DNA of 57,675 nucleotides from Candidatus Limnocylindrales bacterium (GCA_035559535.1 DATMBG010000057.1:1-57675), one strand, 5' to 3'; counted from the first letter of the stretch, positions 39,733 to 50,028 are shown. Numbers and translations: made by a program. The notes: a model not told the origin generated them from the letters alone.

Positions 39733-41654
39733 ACCCTTGATGTCAGAATTTTAATGGCCTGGGTTGCTTCCTTAACCAGATCCGGGTCCTGCATCCTTAC
39801 TAACTGACGAAGCGGTTCAAGGGCTTCAACGGCTTTAAAATGACAGAGAGTTTCAATAGCTGCTAATTGAACCATGCCGCTACGATCCTGCAAGCATTCT
39901 ATAAGCTTGGGAATAATACAAGGATGATTAAAATTTTTTAACTGTTTACATATTTCGTAACGAACCCGTGGATCCGGATCTTTCAGTTGAGATAGGAGCA
40001 CTTCAACGGTCTGATTTCCCGGAAAACGGGCTATAGCTTTAACCACCATGACACGAACCTGAGAATTTTCGTCTTCTAATAGGGGAAGTAAAAACTTATT
40101 AACTTCCGGATTTGTAAGAGAACCTAAAGCCCGTACGGCTCCTTCTCGAACTTTCCAACTGGAGTCTCTTAAACATTGGAAGTAAAGGGGGAATAACTTT
40201 TCTCCGGCTATATGAAATAAAGTCTGAAGGGCCAGTACTCTGACCTCGTCTCTATCCTCATTTAGCAAGGGTTGAATCCATCGGATCTTTTCTTCAGAAG
40301 GCAGGCCTTGAATTTTCACTATGGCCTCAGAAGCCGCCATTCGGACATCTGGATAGGGATCCTTGAGGATTTCAACTAAAGGGATTAAGGCCCTTGGATC
40401 TCCCATGGCGCCAAGTGAGGAGGCCGCAGCACGCCGGACATGCCCAAAACTATCTTGAAGCCGTCTGATTAGAGGGTCCACCGCCATAGAAGATCGAATC
40501 TGTCCTAGAGCCTTGGCTGCAGCTACTCTAACTTCTTCATGGGAATTCTCCAGGGCTTGAAGAAGAATAGGAACCGAAGCTTCCTTTCCGATTCTTCCTA
40601 AAACTTCCAGGACAATCGTCTTGATTCGAAGGGACTCCATAGATAAAGCCCGATGGATAGCCTCCAATTCCTGATCTCCAATGGCCACTAAAGCATCCAC
40701 CGACCGCTCCAGAAGCTCTTCGTCCTCTTCAAATTCAATCAAACCAATTAACGGCACGATAGCCTCTTTAAGACGAAGTTTTTCCAAAAAACGAAGGGCA
40801 CTCCGTCGGATGGCTACCTTATGACTCCTCAACAGGGGAATTACATCTGTCCAGTTGGCCTTAGCTTCCCTGACTTTTTCGTAAATCTCATCCCCCAGTT
40901 TCTCGCTTAACTTCTCCAAGGCCTGAATCACCGGAACCACGAATCTGGGATGGTATTTCAAAGCGGAAAGAAGGTAAGGTAAACAACGCTCATCCTGCAG
41001 GTTTCCTAAGGTCCGGATAACCATGAAGGTTACCATCAAGTTTTCTTCAAAGGGAATTTGCATTAAGGGTTCCAGAACCCGAAGATCTCCTATTTTCCCT
41101 AAAGCCTCTATCCCGGCACACCGAACCCAGGTAGGTCCTTTCAAACTCTGGAGAAGATAAGGCACTGCCTGAGGGTCTCCGATTTGCCCTAAAGCTTCCG
41201 CAGCTCCCATAGCAACCAGGACATGGGGGCTCTGCAAACAGAGGATTAAATGGGGAATACTTTCCGGATCCCCCAGGGCTCCTAGAATTTCACAATAAGT
41301 TTTTTTAATGAAAGGATCCTGAGCTTCGTGAAGGCCTGTGAAGAGGACATCGGGAGCATCTCCACCGATATGCTTGAGGACTTCCAGGGCCAAATTACGG
41401 GCCGTAAGATTGGTTTCCGCAAGAACAGGAACCAGGGCCGTAACAACCTCCCGTCCCCGGATCTGGATCAAGGCATCTACCACAGCTTCTTGTACAGCCC
41501 GGACAGGGTCCTGGAACAAGTTTATCAACCGGGGAATAGAGCGCTTATCCTTGAGTTCTCCTAACTTGAGAATAGCCCGTCTTCTTTCATCTGGATCTTC
41601 ATGGGAAAGATTCTTTAAAACCCTTTGGATATCCGAAACATCGTTTAAGTACAT
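39729..41654 (-). CDS. HEAT/PBS-lyase repeat protein
   Basis: Many VR..AA.ALG.IGD..AV..LI..L.D repeats across 641 aa; ATGA overlap with cheR. Confidence 0.9.
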   Translation of the reverse strand: MYLNDVSDIQRVLKNLSHEDPDERRRAILKLGELKDKRSIPRLINLFQDPVRAVQEAVVDALIQIRGREVVTALVPVLAETNLTARNLALEVLKHIGGDAPDVLFTGLHEAQDPFIKKTYCEILGALGDPESIPHLILCLQSPHVLVAMGAAEALGQIGDPQAVPYLLQSLKGPTWVRCAGIEALGKIGDLRVLEPLMQIPFEENLMVTFMVIRTLGNLQDERCLPYLLSALKYHPRFVVPVIQALEKLSEKLGDEIYEKVREAKANWTDVIPLLRSHKVAIRRSALRFLEKLRLKEAIVPLIGLIEFEEDEELLERSVDALVAIGDQELEAIHRALSMESLRIKTIVLEVLGRIGKEASVPILLQALENSHEEVRVAAAKALGQIRSSMAVDPLIRRLQDSFGHVRRAAASSLGAMGDPRALIPLVEILKDPYPDVRMAASEAIVKIQGLPSEEKIRWIQPLLNEDRDEVRVLALQTLFHIAGEKLFPLYFQCLRDSSWKVREGAVRALGSLTNPEVNKFLLPLLEDENSQVRVMVVKAIARFPGNQTVEVLLSQLKDPDPRVRYEICKQLKNFNHPCIIPKLIECLQDRSGMVQLAAIETLCHFKAVEALEPLRQLVRMQDPDLVKEATQAIKILTSRV

Positions 41655-41694
41655 AACTGTTATTCCTTGAAGCAGGTAAATCCGTTTTTGGTTA

Positions 41695-42060
41695 TCAACT
41701 TTGATCCAGTATCTGGCTCACCTGACGAATTAGATGTTCGGGTTCTATCAATTCAGATAAATATAGCGGACCACTATCCGGGAATTCTTCTGGATCTACG
41801 GGCTCCCCCTTGGTCATTAACAAAATGGGTAAGTTCTTATAGTGCTCAACCTTGCGTATCTCTTGGATTATTTCGTAGCCGGAAAGCCCGGGTAAATCCC
41901 CACCGATAATGGCAAGATGATAAGGACTTGAATGAATTTTTTCTAATCCTTCGGTTCCCTGGGCCGTCGTATGGACTTTAAAACCCTCTGATTCCAGGAA
42001 GAATTCCAGAATTGTCCTTACGACGGAAGAGGATTCTATGACCAAGATAGATTTTTTCAT
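41695..42060 (-). CDS. Single-domain receiver (CheY-like), degenerate/pseudo-receiver
   Basis: Receiver pattern ILVI..EGFKV..A..G.EGL..LPGLSG.E....IR..LPILLMT, but phospho-Asp, acidic pocket and Lys are altered. Confidence 0.8.
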   Translation of the reverse strand: MKKSILVIESSSVVRTILEFFLESEGFKVHTTAQGTEGLEKIHSSPYHLAIIGGDLPGLSGYEIIQEIRKVEHYKNLPILLMTKGEPVDPEEFPDSGPLYLSELIEPEHLIRQVSQILDQS

Positions 42061-42281
42061 AAAGTCAGGAGTAGAAATTATCTCTCTGGGAGAATAAATA
42101 ATTTTATTCTATCATAAGTTAATTATTAAGCAAGAAAAAAGTATAGAGAAAATTTATCGCAACGAATTTCTATAAGACTATTCATTTATTCTGGATTAGG
42201 AGAAAGAAATATAGAACGTAAATTTCTTATTTCGGACCGTCCGAACAGTTTACGTTTTATATTTTTTACATTTACCCTGGG

Positions 42282-43376
42282 ATGCAAGATATTCATGGCG
42301 GTAATATTTGGAAATGGCGGGAAGCTCTCAACATTCACCTTCTGGACTTTAGTGCCAGTATCAATCCCCTGGGTCCTCCTCAAGGGGTTTTCCGGGTTAT
42401 TACCGAGAATCTATCAAACCTGGTTCATTATCCAGATCCTGAGAATCAAAAAGCCTGTCAGGCCCTTTCAGAGTATCACGGCATCGATTCCTCCCATATC
42501 ATTTTTGGAAATGGAGCCATGGAACTCTTATACCTTCTCCCCCGTGCCCTTCTTCTCCAAAGTGCTTTAATCCCCATTCCTACTTTCAGTGGCTATGAAA
42601 AGGTTCTATTTTACCATGCTGTGCAGGCTAAGTTTGTAAGCTGGTGGGTCCGGGAAGAAGGGAAAAAGGACCACCTCCCATCTCCTTCCCCTTTAGCTCT
42701 CCTGTCTTCAGCAGCAAAGGAGGTTCAGGGAGTTTTTATCTGCCATCCCAATAATCCAACGGGAGAAGTGCTGGAAAAAGGGTTTCTTTTGAACCTCCTG
42801 GATTTTTGTGAAGAACAAAAGATCTGGTTGATTCTGGATGAGGCTTTCATAGATTTTCTGGATCAACCCGATGCCTATTCCCTGATTCAGGAAGCAGTCT
42901 CTTCAACCCGATTGGTGGTTATCCGTTCTTTAACTAAGTTCTTTGCTTTACCGGGTCTTCGATTAGGTTATGGGGTGGGCCCTCAAGCTATCATTCAAAG
43001 ACTCAAGCAGGTGCAAACCCCCTGGAGTGTTAATGTTCTAGCCCAACAGATCGTTAACGAAATTCTGAAAGATGAAGCCTATGCCAGAAATTCGAGAAAA
43101 TTCATCCAATCGGAAAGGGTTTTTTTGCTTAACGCTTTATCTGAAATGGAAGGAATTCAGCCTGTATCCGGATCAGTTAATTTTTTGCTGTGTCGACTGA
43201 CCCGTCCGGGATGGACTTCCCCTCAACTCACCACGAAATTAGTCCAATTCGGTATTCTCATTCGAGATTGCAGTACCTTGCGAGGGCTTAATGAGCGGTA
43301 TTTCCGGATTGCCGTGAGAACCCGAGAAGAAAACAGGAAGCTCCTCTCCACGCTTCAAGAAGTCTTATCCGAATAA
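42282..43376 (+). CDS. cobD: L-threonine-O-3-phosphate decarboxylase (PLP)
   Basis: HGGN, LDFSASINPLG, HYPDP, PNNPTG, DEAFIDF, RSLTKFFALPGLRLGY. Confidence 0.85.
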   Translation: MQDIHGGNIWKWREALNIHLLDFSASINPLGPPQGVFRVITENLSNLVHYPDPENQKACQALSEYHGIDSSHIIFGNGAMELLYLLPRALLLQSALIPIPTFSGYEKVLFYHAVQAKFVSWWVREEGKKDHLPSPSPLALLSSAAKEVQGVFICHPNNPTGEVLEKGFLLNLLDFCEEQKIWLILDEAFIDFLDQPDAYSLIQEAVSSTRLVVIRSLTKFFALPGLRLGYGVGPQAIIQRLKQVQTPWSVNVLAQQIVNEILKDEAYARNSRKFIQSERVFLLNALSEMEGIQPVSGSVNFLLCRLTRPGWTSPQLTTKLVQFGILIRDCSTLRGLNERYFRIAVRTREENRKLLSTLQEVLSE

Positions 43377-43645
43377 AAGGGTAGTATAATCTTTGAATAG
43401 CTATCTTTAATAAAGTCATTTTATCGTATTAAGAAAATTATTTTAACGCAAGCTTCCTGAAAGGTAAGAGAATTTCTCCTTAATAAATTTCTTGACCTTT
43501 TGTTTAGAAAAGGTATTAATTAAACAAATAAAGAGATTTTGTGGTCAGAGACCGGATTTAGATCTTGAAGTCTCAATTCAGTCATCACGTTGAGCTTAAA
43601 GAGCCGATGGAAGAAGCGTGTGATGACCAAAAGGAGGTTGTTAAT

Positions 43646-43909
43646 ATGGAGCCGGAGGAGCCGCGACAAGAACAACTCCGCACAAGTGAAAGATTATATG
43701 AAAAAAAATGGTACCTTTATCAAGTATCTCAATGTAATAGTATGTTCGATTTTGTCATGAACCGGGCTATTATTGAAACGACTTGTGCGGCCTTTGTATG
43801 CTTTCATGATAATGGCTATTTACCCTACACCTGCAACAAAAACCGCTGTATCGGAGTTGAACTCTATTGTAGACAAAAAGCCGAGGAAGAAAACCAGGAG
43901 CTCGTTTAA
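43646..43909 (+). CDS. Small Cys-rich hypothetical protein (87 aa)
   Basis: AAGGAGG RBS before ATG 43646; six Cys; TTGACC..TATTAA promoter-like sequence at 43492-43519. Confidence 0.55.
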   Translation: MEPEEPRQEQLRTSERLYEKKWYLYQVSQCNSMFDFVMNRAIIETTCAAFVCFHDNGYLPYTCNKNRCIGVELYCRQKAEEENQELV

Positions 43910-44170
43910 ACTGAAAGAGGCTGTGAGCGGACCTTAGATTTGAAGAGCCGCTGAAGTTCCCGGTGAGGACGCTTGGTTTTAAACGAATCCAAAACGAATT
44001 TCACCTCAACGATGACTGTCCCTTACCGAAGTAGGAGAAGGATCCGAGAGGAGGAGGTTTATATCTCACCACCTTCTAAGAAAACTACCCCCTGAAGGGG
44101 TTTAATCCCCGGGCCTCTTGCAAAGGCATGAGGGGAGAGGCAAGGAACTTTTTAACGAAGACTTCCCGGT

Positions 44171-45640
44171 CTATGCCTTTGCAAGCTGTAGTGCAAGGTC
44201 CAGCCGTTTTAAACATTCCTCTTTACCGAGAATATCCATGAGTTGATATAATTCAGGACCGTGGGTTTGTCCGGTTAAAGCGGCCCGAACAGGCAGGTAG
44301 AGATTTTTACCCCCGCTTCCTGTTTTTGCTTTTAGGTAAGCCAGGAGATTCTTAAACGTATCCGGAGTTATTTCCTTCATTCCTTGAAGTTCCTCCCGCA
44401 GGACTTCGATAACCCTTTGGGCAGAATCGGTTTTCAAAATTTCTTTAGCCTCCTCACTCCATTCTAGCCAGGAAGTGTAAAAAATCCTGGCATGTTCCGG
44501 AAGTTGAGCGAGGGTTTCCACATACCCCCGGGTGACTTGGATGACCCTTTCCAGTTTAGAGAGCTCTTCTGAAGTAGGCTGGTTAGATACCATCCCTGCC
44601 CTTTGATAATAAGGAAGAGCCAGAGAACTCAGCTTTTTAATATCTTCGTTTCGAATATAATTCCCACTCATCCAGTTTAGCTTTTTTATATCAAAAATGG
44701 CCGCACTTTTCGATACCCGTTTAAGGGAGAATTGACGGATCATCTCCTCCCGGGAGATAATCTCTTGTCCGGATTCCGGAGTCCATCCCAGTAAGGCCAG
44801 GTAATTGATTAAGGCCTCCGGTAGATAGCCTGCTTCTCGATATTGAGCCACAGAGGTAGCTCCATGCCGTTTACTCAGCCGGGTATGATCAGGACCCAGG
44901 ATCATGGAAAGATGGGCAAATTGAGGGGGTTGAAATCCCAGGGCTTCATACAGGAGGAGTTGTCGGGGTGTGTTGGAGATATGATCCTCTCCCCGAATAA
45001 CATGGGTAATCTGCATCAAGGCATCGTCGATAACCACTGCAAAGTTATAGGGAGCTATACCATCGGAGCGAAGAATGACAAAGTCTCCAATATATTGCTT
45101 TTCAAAAACGACTTCACCCCGAACCCAATCCTGAAATCCTACACTTCCCCAAGGGTCGACTTTAAAACGCAGGGCAAAAGGGATCCCTGCGGCTTTTCTT
45201 TCTTCAACCTCTTTTGGGCTTAAATTTCGGCATTTTCCACCATATACCGGCATCCGGCCGGCTGCCAGCAACTTTTGTTTTTCGGCTTCCAGCTCTTCCT
45301 CTGTACAAAAACAAGGATAGGCTTTCCCGGCATCTACGAGTTTTTGGGCATACTCCCGATACAGGTGAAGCCGCATAGACTGCCGGTAGGGACCGAAGGC
45401 GCCCCCTTTATCTGGCCCTTCATCATAATCCAAGCCCAACCACTTCATGTCTTCTAAAATCAACCGATCTGACTCCTGAGTTGAGCGTTCGATATCGGTA
45501 TCCTCAATACGGAGAATAAAAGTTCCGTGATGATGCCGGGCAAATAACCAGTTGAAAAGCGCCGTCCTGGCATTTCCAATATGTAAATAGCCGGTAGGGC
45601 TGGGAGCGAAACGGACTCGAACCGGATTGATTACAGACAT
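44171..45640 (-). CDS. gltX: Glutamate-tRNA ligase
   Basis: VRVRFAPSPTGYLHIGN, LRIEDTD, IRGEDH, RLSKR; ATG 45640. Confidence 0.96.
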   Translation of the reverse strand: MSVINPVRVRFAPSPTGYLHIGNARTALFNWLFARHHHGTFILRIEDTDIERSTQESDRLILEDMKWLGLDYDEGPDKGGAFGPYRQSMRLHLYREYAQKLVDAGKAYPCFCTEEELEAEKQKLLAAGRMPVYGGKCRNLSPKEVEERKAAGIPFALRFKVDPWGSVGFQDWVRGEVVFEKQYIGDFVILRSDGIAPYNFAVVIDDALMQITHVIRGEDHISNTPRQLLLYEALGFQPPQFAHLSMILGPDHTRLSKRHGATSVAQYREAGYLPEALINYLALLGWTPESGQEIISREEMIRQFSLKRVSKSAAIFDIKKLNWMSGNYIRNEDIKKLSSLALPYYQRAGMVSNQPTSEELSKLERVIQVTRGYVETLAQLPEHARIFYTSWLEWSEEAKEILKTDSAQRVIEVLREELQGMKEITPDTFKNLLAYLKAKTGSGGKNLYLPVRAALTGQTHGPELYQLMDILGKEECLKRLDLALQLAKA

Positions 45641-46184
45641 AAGACAGGACTCTTTATCTGGGTTAAAATCACCAGGAAGTCCAGAACCCAAAAGTTAACC
45701 CCATATTTTCCCCCTCTATTAAGTTTCATCTGTCTTCTGGGATTCCTCAAGACAAGTTCCTTCCTATCTTGTATTCGGTGAATCATGGGTTATCTCTGGG
45801 TCTGTTTTCCTTCTCCAATTGAAGAGTTAAGAATTTTTTTATTTCTGATAACAAATTACTTGAAAGACCCTTCTTTTGCAAAAATTTTAAACCTTCCTAA
45901 TCCTTTGGTTGCTTTATGGCCCGGTGGTGGGGAAACTTTAGACTTCGGGCTGAGGATTCCCAGGCAGGCCAAAATAAAATTATTTTAAACCGCTTATCTG
46001 GAAAATAATAATTGACACCATCCGCAGGTTATGATTTTATGATCTAACATAAGAGCTGTCTGTGTATTTCCTAATTTTTGCGAATAAGCAGGTTCATTTT
46101 GAATAGCTTTAATAGAAAAACCCTGATTTTCCTTTTAAATCTCCCAGGATCAAAACCTTTTTTAAACCCGAGGAGGTGAAGAGA

Positions 46185-46655
46185 ATGAAACAAGTTATCC
46201 AGGTTACGATAAACGGCAAGCCTCGTCAGGATGAGGTGGAACCCAGACTCCTGTTGGTTCATTACCTTCGGGACGTTGTAGGATTAACGGGAACCCATAT
46301 TGGTTGTGAAACGAGTATCTGTGGAGCTTGTACGGTCTTATTAAATGGAGTTGCGGTTAAGTCCTGTACGATATTGACGGTACAGGCAAACAATGGAGAG
46401 GTCGTGACCATCGAAGGATTGGCTACCGATGGTAAGTTACATCCGGTTCAGGAAGGATTCTGGGAACGCCATGGGTTACAGTGTGGTTTCTGCACACCTG
46501 GGATGATCATGGCCGGTGTCCAAATTCTTCAAAGAAATCCAAATCCGACCGAGGAGCAGATCCGAGAAGGTTTAGAGGGTAATCTCTGCAGATGTACCGG
46601 ATATCAGCATATTGTCGAGGCTATCCAGTATGCTGCACAAAAGATGAGAACCTAA
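46185..46655 (+). CDS. coxS: Molybdenum hydroxylase small [2Fe-2S] subunit (CoxS-like)
   Basis: [35 protein letters not shown] before ATG 46185. Confidence 0.9.
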   Translation: MKQVIQVTINGKPRQDEVEPRLLLVHYLRDVVGLTGTHIGCETSICGACTVLLNGVAVKSCTILTVQANNGEVVTIEGLATDGKLHPVQEGFWERHGLQCGFCTPGMIMAGVQILQRNPNPTEEQIREGLEGNLCRCTGYQHIVEAIQYAAQKMRT

Positions 46656-46671
46656 AAAGGAGGGATAAAAT

Positions 46672-49005
46672 ATGGCTACGAAACTTATTGGGGAAAGAAT
46701 TAAACGAAAAGAAGATCCCCGACTTATTACAGGAACTGCAAGTTATGTAGATGATATCAAGTTGCCAAATATCCATCATGTGGCCTTCCTCCGAAGCATC
46801 TATGGTCATGCAAAAATTAACAAGATTGATGTATCAGAGGCCCGTAAGCTTCCCGGGGTTGTGGCAGTCCTGACCCATGATGACATTAAAGGGGTTTTGA
46901 AACCCATGCCCTGTGTAGGGGGGGTTCCGGACATGCATCTACCGGAGCATTATCCCCTGAGCGGGGGAAAGGTCCGATTTGTCGGAGAGGCTATTGCCGC
47001 CGTGGTAGCCAACGACCGTTATGTGGCCCGGGATGCCCTGGATTTGATCAATGTAGATTATGAACCCTTACCCGTGGTGGTGGATATGGAAAAGGCCCTG
47101 GAAAAAGGAGCTCCTCTTCTCTACGAGGAGTACGGTGAGAATCGGGGTTTTACCTGGAAAATTAGTGGAGGGGATATAGATAAAGCTTTTCAGGAGGCCG
47201 ATCGTATTGTTAAGCTTCGATTGGTTAATCAACGGGTTGCTCCCATCCCTTTGGAGACCCGGGCCGTGTTAGCCCAATACCAGGATCGTGGAGTCGAAGG
47301 GGAGTTAACGGTATGGACTTCTACACAAATTCCTCATGGAATCCGCACTTCAATTGCCAGCATGCTCAATCTCCCCGAACATCGAGTTCGGGTTATTGCA
47401 CCCGAGGTGGGTGGTGGATTTGGTTGCAAGGTTGATTTCTACGGAGAAGAAGTTTTGATTCCTTATCTGGCCATGAAGCTCAAAGTTCCGGTCAAATGGG
47501 TGGAAGGACGACGGGAGAATATCCAGGCCACAGACCATGGACGGGATCAAATTAATTATATCGAAGCCGCAGTTAAAAATGATGGAACCGTGGTAGGATT
47601 AAGGGTCAAAGTGCTGGCAGATATGGGGGCTTATTACCAACTTTTATCCCCGGCTATTCCTACCCTCACAGGCCTCATGATGTGCGGTCCTTACAAAATT
47701 CCCAACGTATCTATGGAGGTTCTGGGGGTTTTCACAAATAAAATGACCACCGATGCTTACCGGGGAGCCGGACGACCGGAAGCCACCTACCTCCTGGAGC
47801 GTACCATGGATGCCATTGCGGCTGAGCTGAATCTGGACCCTGTAGAGGTAAGGATGAAGAACTTTATCCAGCCCCAAGAATTTCCTTACAAAACGGCTAC
47901 AGGCCTTGTTTACGATAGTGGTAATTATCAGGCCGCTTTGCAGAAAGCATTAGATCATGTTGGATACAAGAAGTTACGGGAAGAACAGAAAAAACTCCGA
48001 GAGCAGGGCCAATACATGGGAATCGGGATTTCCAGCTATGTCGAGATTTGTGCTTTTGGTCCTTCTGCAGCCACGGCAACCGGTGGCTGGGAAAGTGCTA
48101 CCGTCCGTATCGAACCTACCGGTAAGGTTACGGTGTTGACAGGATCTTCTCCCCATGGTCAAGGACAAGAGACCACCTTCGCACAAATCGTTGCGGATGG
48201 GTTAGGATTAACCATGGAGGATGTAACCGTTCAGCACGGGGATACTGCTGTGGTTCAGTACGGAATCGGAACCTTTGGAAGTCGGGCCACCGCGGTGGGA
48301 GGAACGGCGGTTTATCTGGCCCTCCAGAAAGTTAAGGAAAAGGCAAGTAAGTTTGCGGCTCATATGTTGAAGGTAGATCCGAAAGGCCTGGTTTTTAAAG
48401 ACGGAAAGATCTTCCCGGAAAATAATCCGGAGAAATCGGTCACCTTAACCGAGGTCGGATTGGCGGCTTATCTGGCTAAGGATCTTCCCCCGGACACAGA
48501 ACCCGGACTGGTAGCTACAGCTTTTTACGAACCCAAGAACTTTACTTATCCTTTTGGAACCCATATCGCAGTCGTAGATATAGATCCGGAGACCGGCCAG
48601 ATTAAATTCCGTCGTTATGTAGCCGTAGACGATTGCGGTAATATTATCAATATGTTGACAGTCCATGGTCAGGTGCACGGCGGAATCGCCCAGGGGTTAG
48701 GCCAGGCATTGTATGAAGAGATCGTCTACGATGAAAACGGACAGCTCTTGACCGGTTCCTTTATGGACTACTGCATCCCCAAGGCCCATCATCTTCCAAA
48801 ATTCGAACTGGATTACACGGTCACTCCCACCGATGTAAACCCGTTGGGAGCTAAAGGAGTCGGAGAAGCAGGAACGATTGGCTCTACGCCTGCTATTGTC
48901 AATGCGGTTGTAGATGCCCTGGCCCATCTTGGGGTACGAAATATCGATATGCCCTTAAAGCCGGAAAAAATTTGGAAGGCTATCCGAGATCATGCAAAGA
49001 AATAA
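46672..49005 (+). CDS. coxL: Molybdenum hydroxylase large subunit (form II CoxL-like / aldehyde oxidoreductase)
   Basis: RKEDPRLITG, VGGGFG, AYRGAGR active-site loop, HGQGQET, AKGVGE. Confidence 0.88.
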   Translation: MATKLIGERIKRKEDPRLITGTASYVDDIKLPNIHHVAFLRSIYGHAKINKIDVSEARKLPGVVAVLTHDDIKGVLKPMPCVGGVPDMHLPEHYPLSGGKVRFVGEAIAAVVANDRYVARDALDLINVDYEPLPVVVDMEKALEKGAPLLYEEYGENRGFTWKISGGDIDKAFQEADRIVKLRLVNQRVAPIPLETRAVLAQYQDRGVEGELTVWTSTQIPHGIRTSIASMLNLPEHRVRVIAPEVGGGFGCKVDFYGEEVLIPYLAMKLKVPVKWVEGRRENIQATDHGRDQINYIEAAVKNDGTVVGLRVKVLADMGAYYQLLSPAIPTLTGLMMCGPYKIPNVSMEVLGVFTNKMTTDAYRGAGRPEATYLLERTMDAIAAELNLDPVEVRMKNFIQPQEFPYKTATGLVYDSGNYQAALQKALDHVGYKKLREEQKKLREQGQYMGIGISSYVEICAFGPSAATATGGWESATVRIEPTGKVTVLTGSSPHGQGQETTFAQIVADGLGLTMEDVTVQHGDTAVVQYGIGTFGSRATAVGGTAVYLALQKVKEKASKFAAHMLKVDPKGLVFKDGKIFPENNPEKSVTLTEVGLAAYLAKDLPPDTEPGLVATAFYEPKNFTYPFGTHIAVVDIDPETGQIKFRRYVAVDDCGNIINMLTVHGQVHGGIAQGLGQALYEEIVYDENGQLLTGSFMDYCIPKAHHLPKFELDYTVTPTDVNPLGAKGVGEAGTIGSTPAIVNAVVDALAHLGVRNIDMPLKPEKIWKAIRDHAKK

Positions 49006-49009
49006 CTTT

Positions 49010-49074
49010 GTCTTGAACTCGAAGTCCGGTATCTAAAGAAAACCCCGGATACCAGACTGAGAGACCCAGGACTA
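49010..49074. repeat. Inverted heptamer-like hairpin
   Basis: agtccggtatct / ggataccagact with flanking gtcttga / ccaggac. Confidence 0.5.
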
Positions 49075-49075
49075 A

Positions 49076-49942
49076 ATGAAAATGATTCCAGTTGCGTTTG
49101 AATATTTAGCCCCCACGACCCTAGATGAAGCTTTATCTGCGCTCTCGACCTATACCGATGCTAAGATACTGGCCGGTGGGCATAGCTTGATTCCCGCCAT
49201 GAAATTAAGGCTGGCCTCTCCCAAATATCTCATTGACATCAGCCGAATTTCAGATCTGAACTATATCCGGGAGTCCGGAGGTCAAATTTTGATCGGTGCT
49301 GGTACCACCCACTATCAGATCGAAAGCTCAACGCTTCTTAAGGAAAAATGCCCTTTGCTGACTGAAACGGCTCCCTACATTGGAGATGTTCAGGTTCGTA
49401 ACCGGGGAACCCTGGGTGGAAGCCTGGCCCACGCAGATCCGGCGGCCGACTGGCCTGCGGCTATACTGGCTGTTGGAGCCGAAATTAAGGTGAGAAATTC
49501 CCGAGGAGAGCGGACCCTTAAGGCTGAAGATTTCTTTGTGGATATGATGACCACGGCGCTTCAACCCAACGAAATCTTAACCGAAATTCGGATTCCTATA
49601 CCTCCCCAGCGTACCGGAAGTGCCTATGAAAAGGTTAAACAACCGGCTTCCGGTTTTGCTTTGGTGGGGGTGGCCGTCCAGATTACCCTTGATACCAACC
49701 GGACCTGTCAGCAGGTTCAAGTGGGTATTACCGGGCTTGCACCAAAGCCTTTTCGGGCTACAGGAGTTGAAAATATGCTGAAAGGTAAGGTTATTAATGA
49801 TCAACTCCTCGCCCAGGCAGCCGAGAAAGCTGCCGATGGCGTAGATCCACTCTCGGATATCCATGCCTCAGCAGAGTATCGTTCGCATCTGGCGCGGGTT
49901 CATACAAAGAGAGCTTTACAACGAGCTGTAAGTCGAATCTAA
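49076..49942 (+). CDS. coxM: Molybdenum hydroxylase FAD subunit (CoxM-like)
   Basis: LAGGHSLIPAMKLR, QVRNRGTLGGSLAHADPAAD, DIHASAEYR. Confidence 0.9.
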   Translation: MKMIPVAFEYLAPTTLDEALSALSTYTDAKILAGGHSLIPAMKLRLASPKYLIDISRISDLNYIRESGGQILIGAGTTHYQIESSTLLKEKCPLLTETAPYIGDVQVRNRGTLGGSLAHADPAADWPAAILAVGAEIKVRNSRGERTLKAEDFFVDMMTTALQPNEILTEIRIPIPPQRTGSAYEKVKQPASGFALVGVAVQITLDTNRTCQQVQVGITGLAPKPFRATGVENMLKGKVINDQLLAQAAEKAADGVDPLSDIHASAEYRSHLARVHTKRALQRAVSRI

Positions 49943-49970
49943 AGGATCCTACAACCAAATCATGAGGGAT

Positions 49971-49998
49971 ATAAGGGCGGGTTTGACCCCGCCCTTAT
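49971..49998. repeat. REP-like hairpin between coxM and coxG
   Basis: ataagggcggg-tttgac-cccgcccttat perfect 11-bp stem. Confidence 0.6.
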
Positions 49999-50028
49999 CC
50001 TTTATACTCATGGAGTAGTAGCATTTTT

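Noticed and set aside
43910-44170. tRNA or known ncRNA downstream of gltX
   Set aside because: No cloverleaf or T-loop and no SRP, 6S or tmRNA hallmark seen on either strand; only generic hairpins
46672-49005. Bona fide form I aerobic CO dehydrogenase
   Set aside because: Has AYRGAGR rather than AYXCSFR, and SLM order
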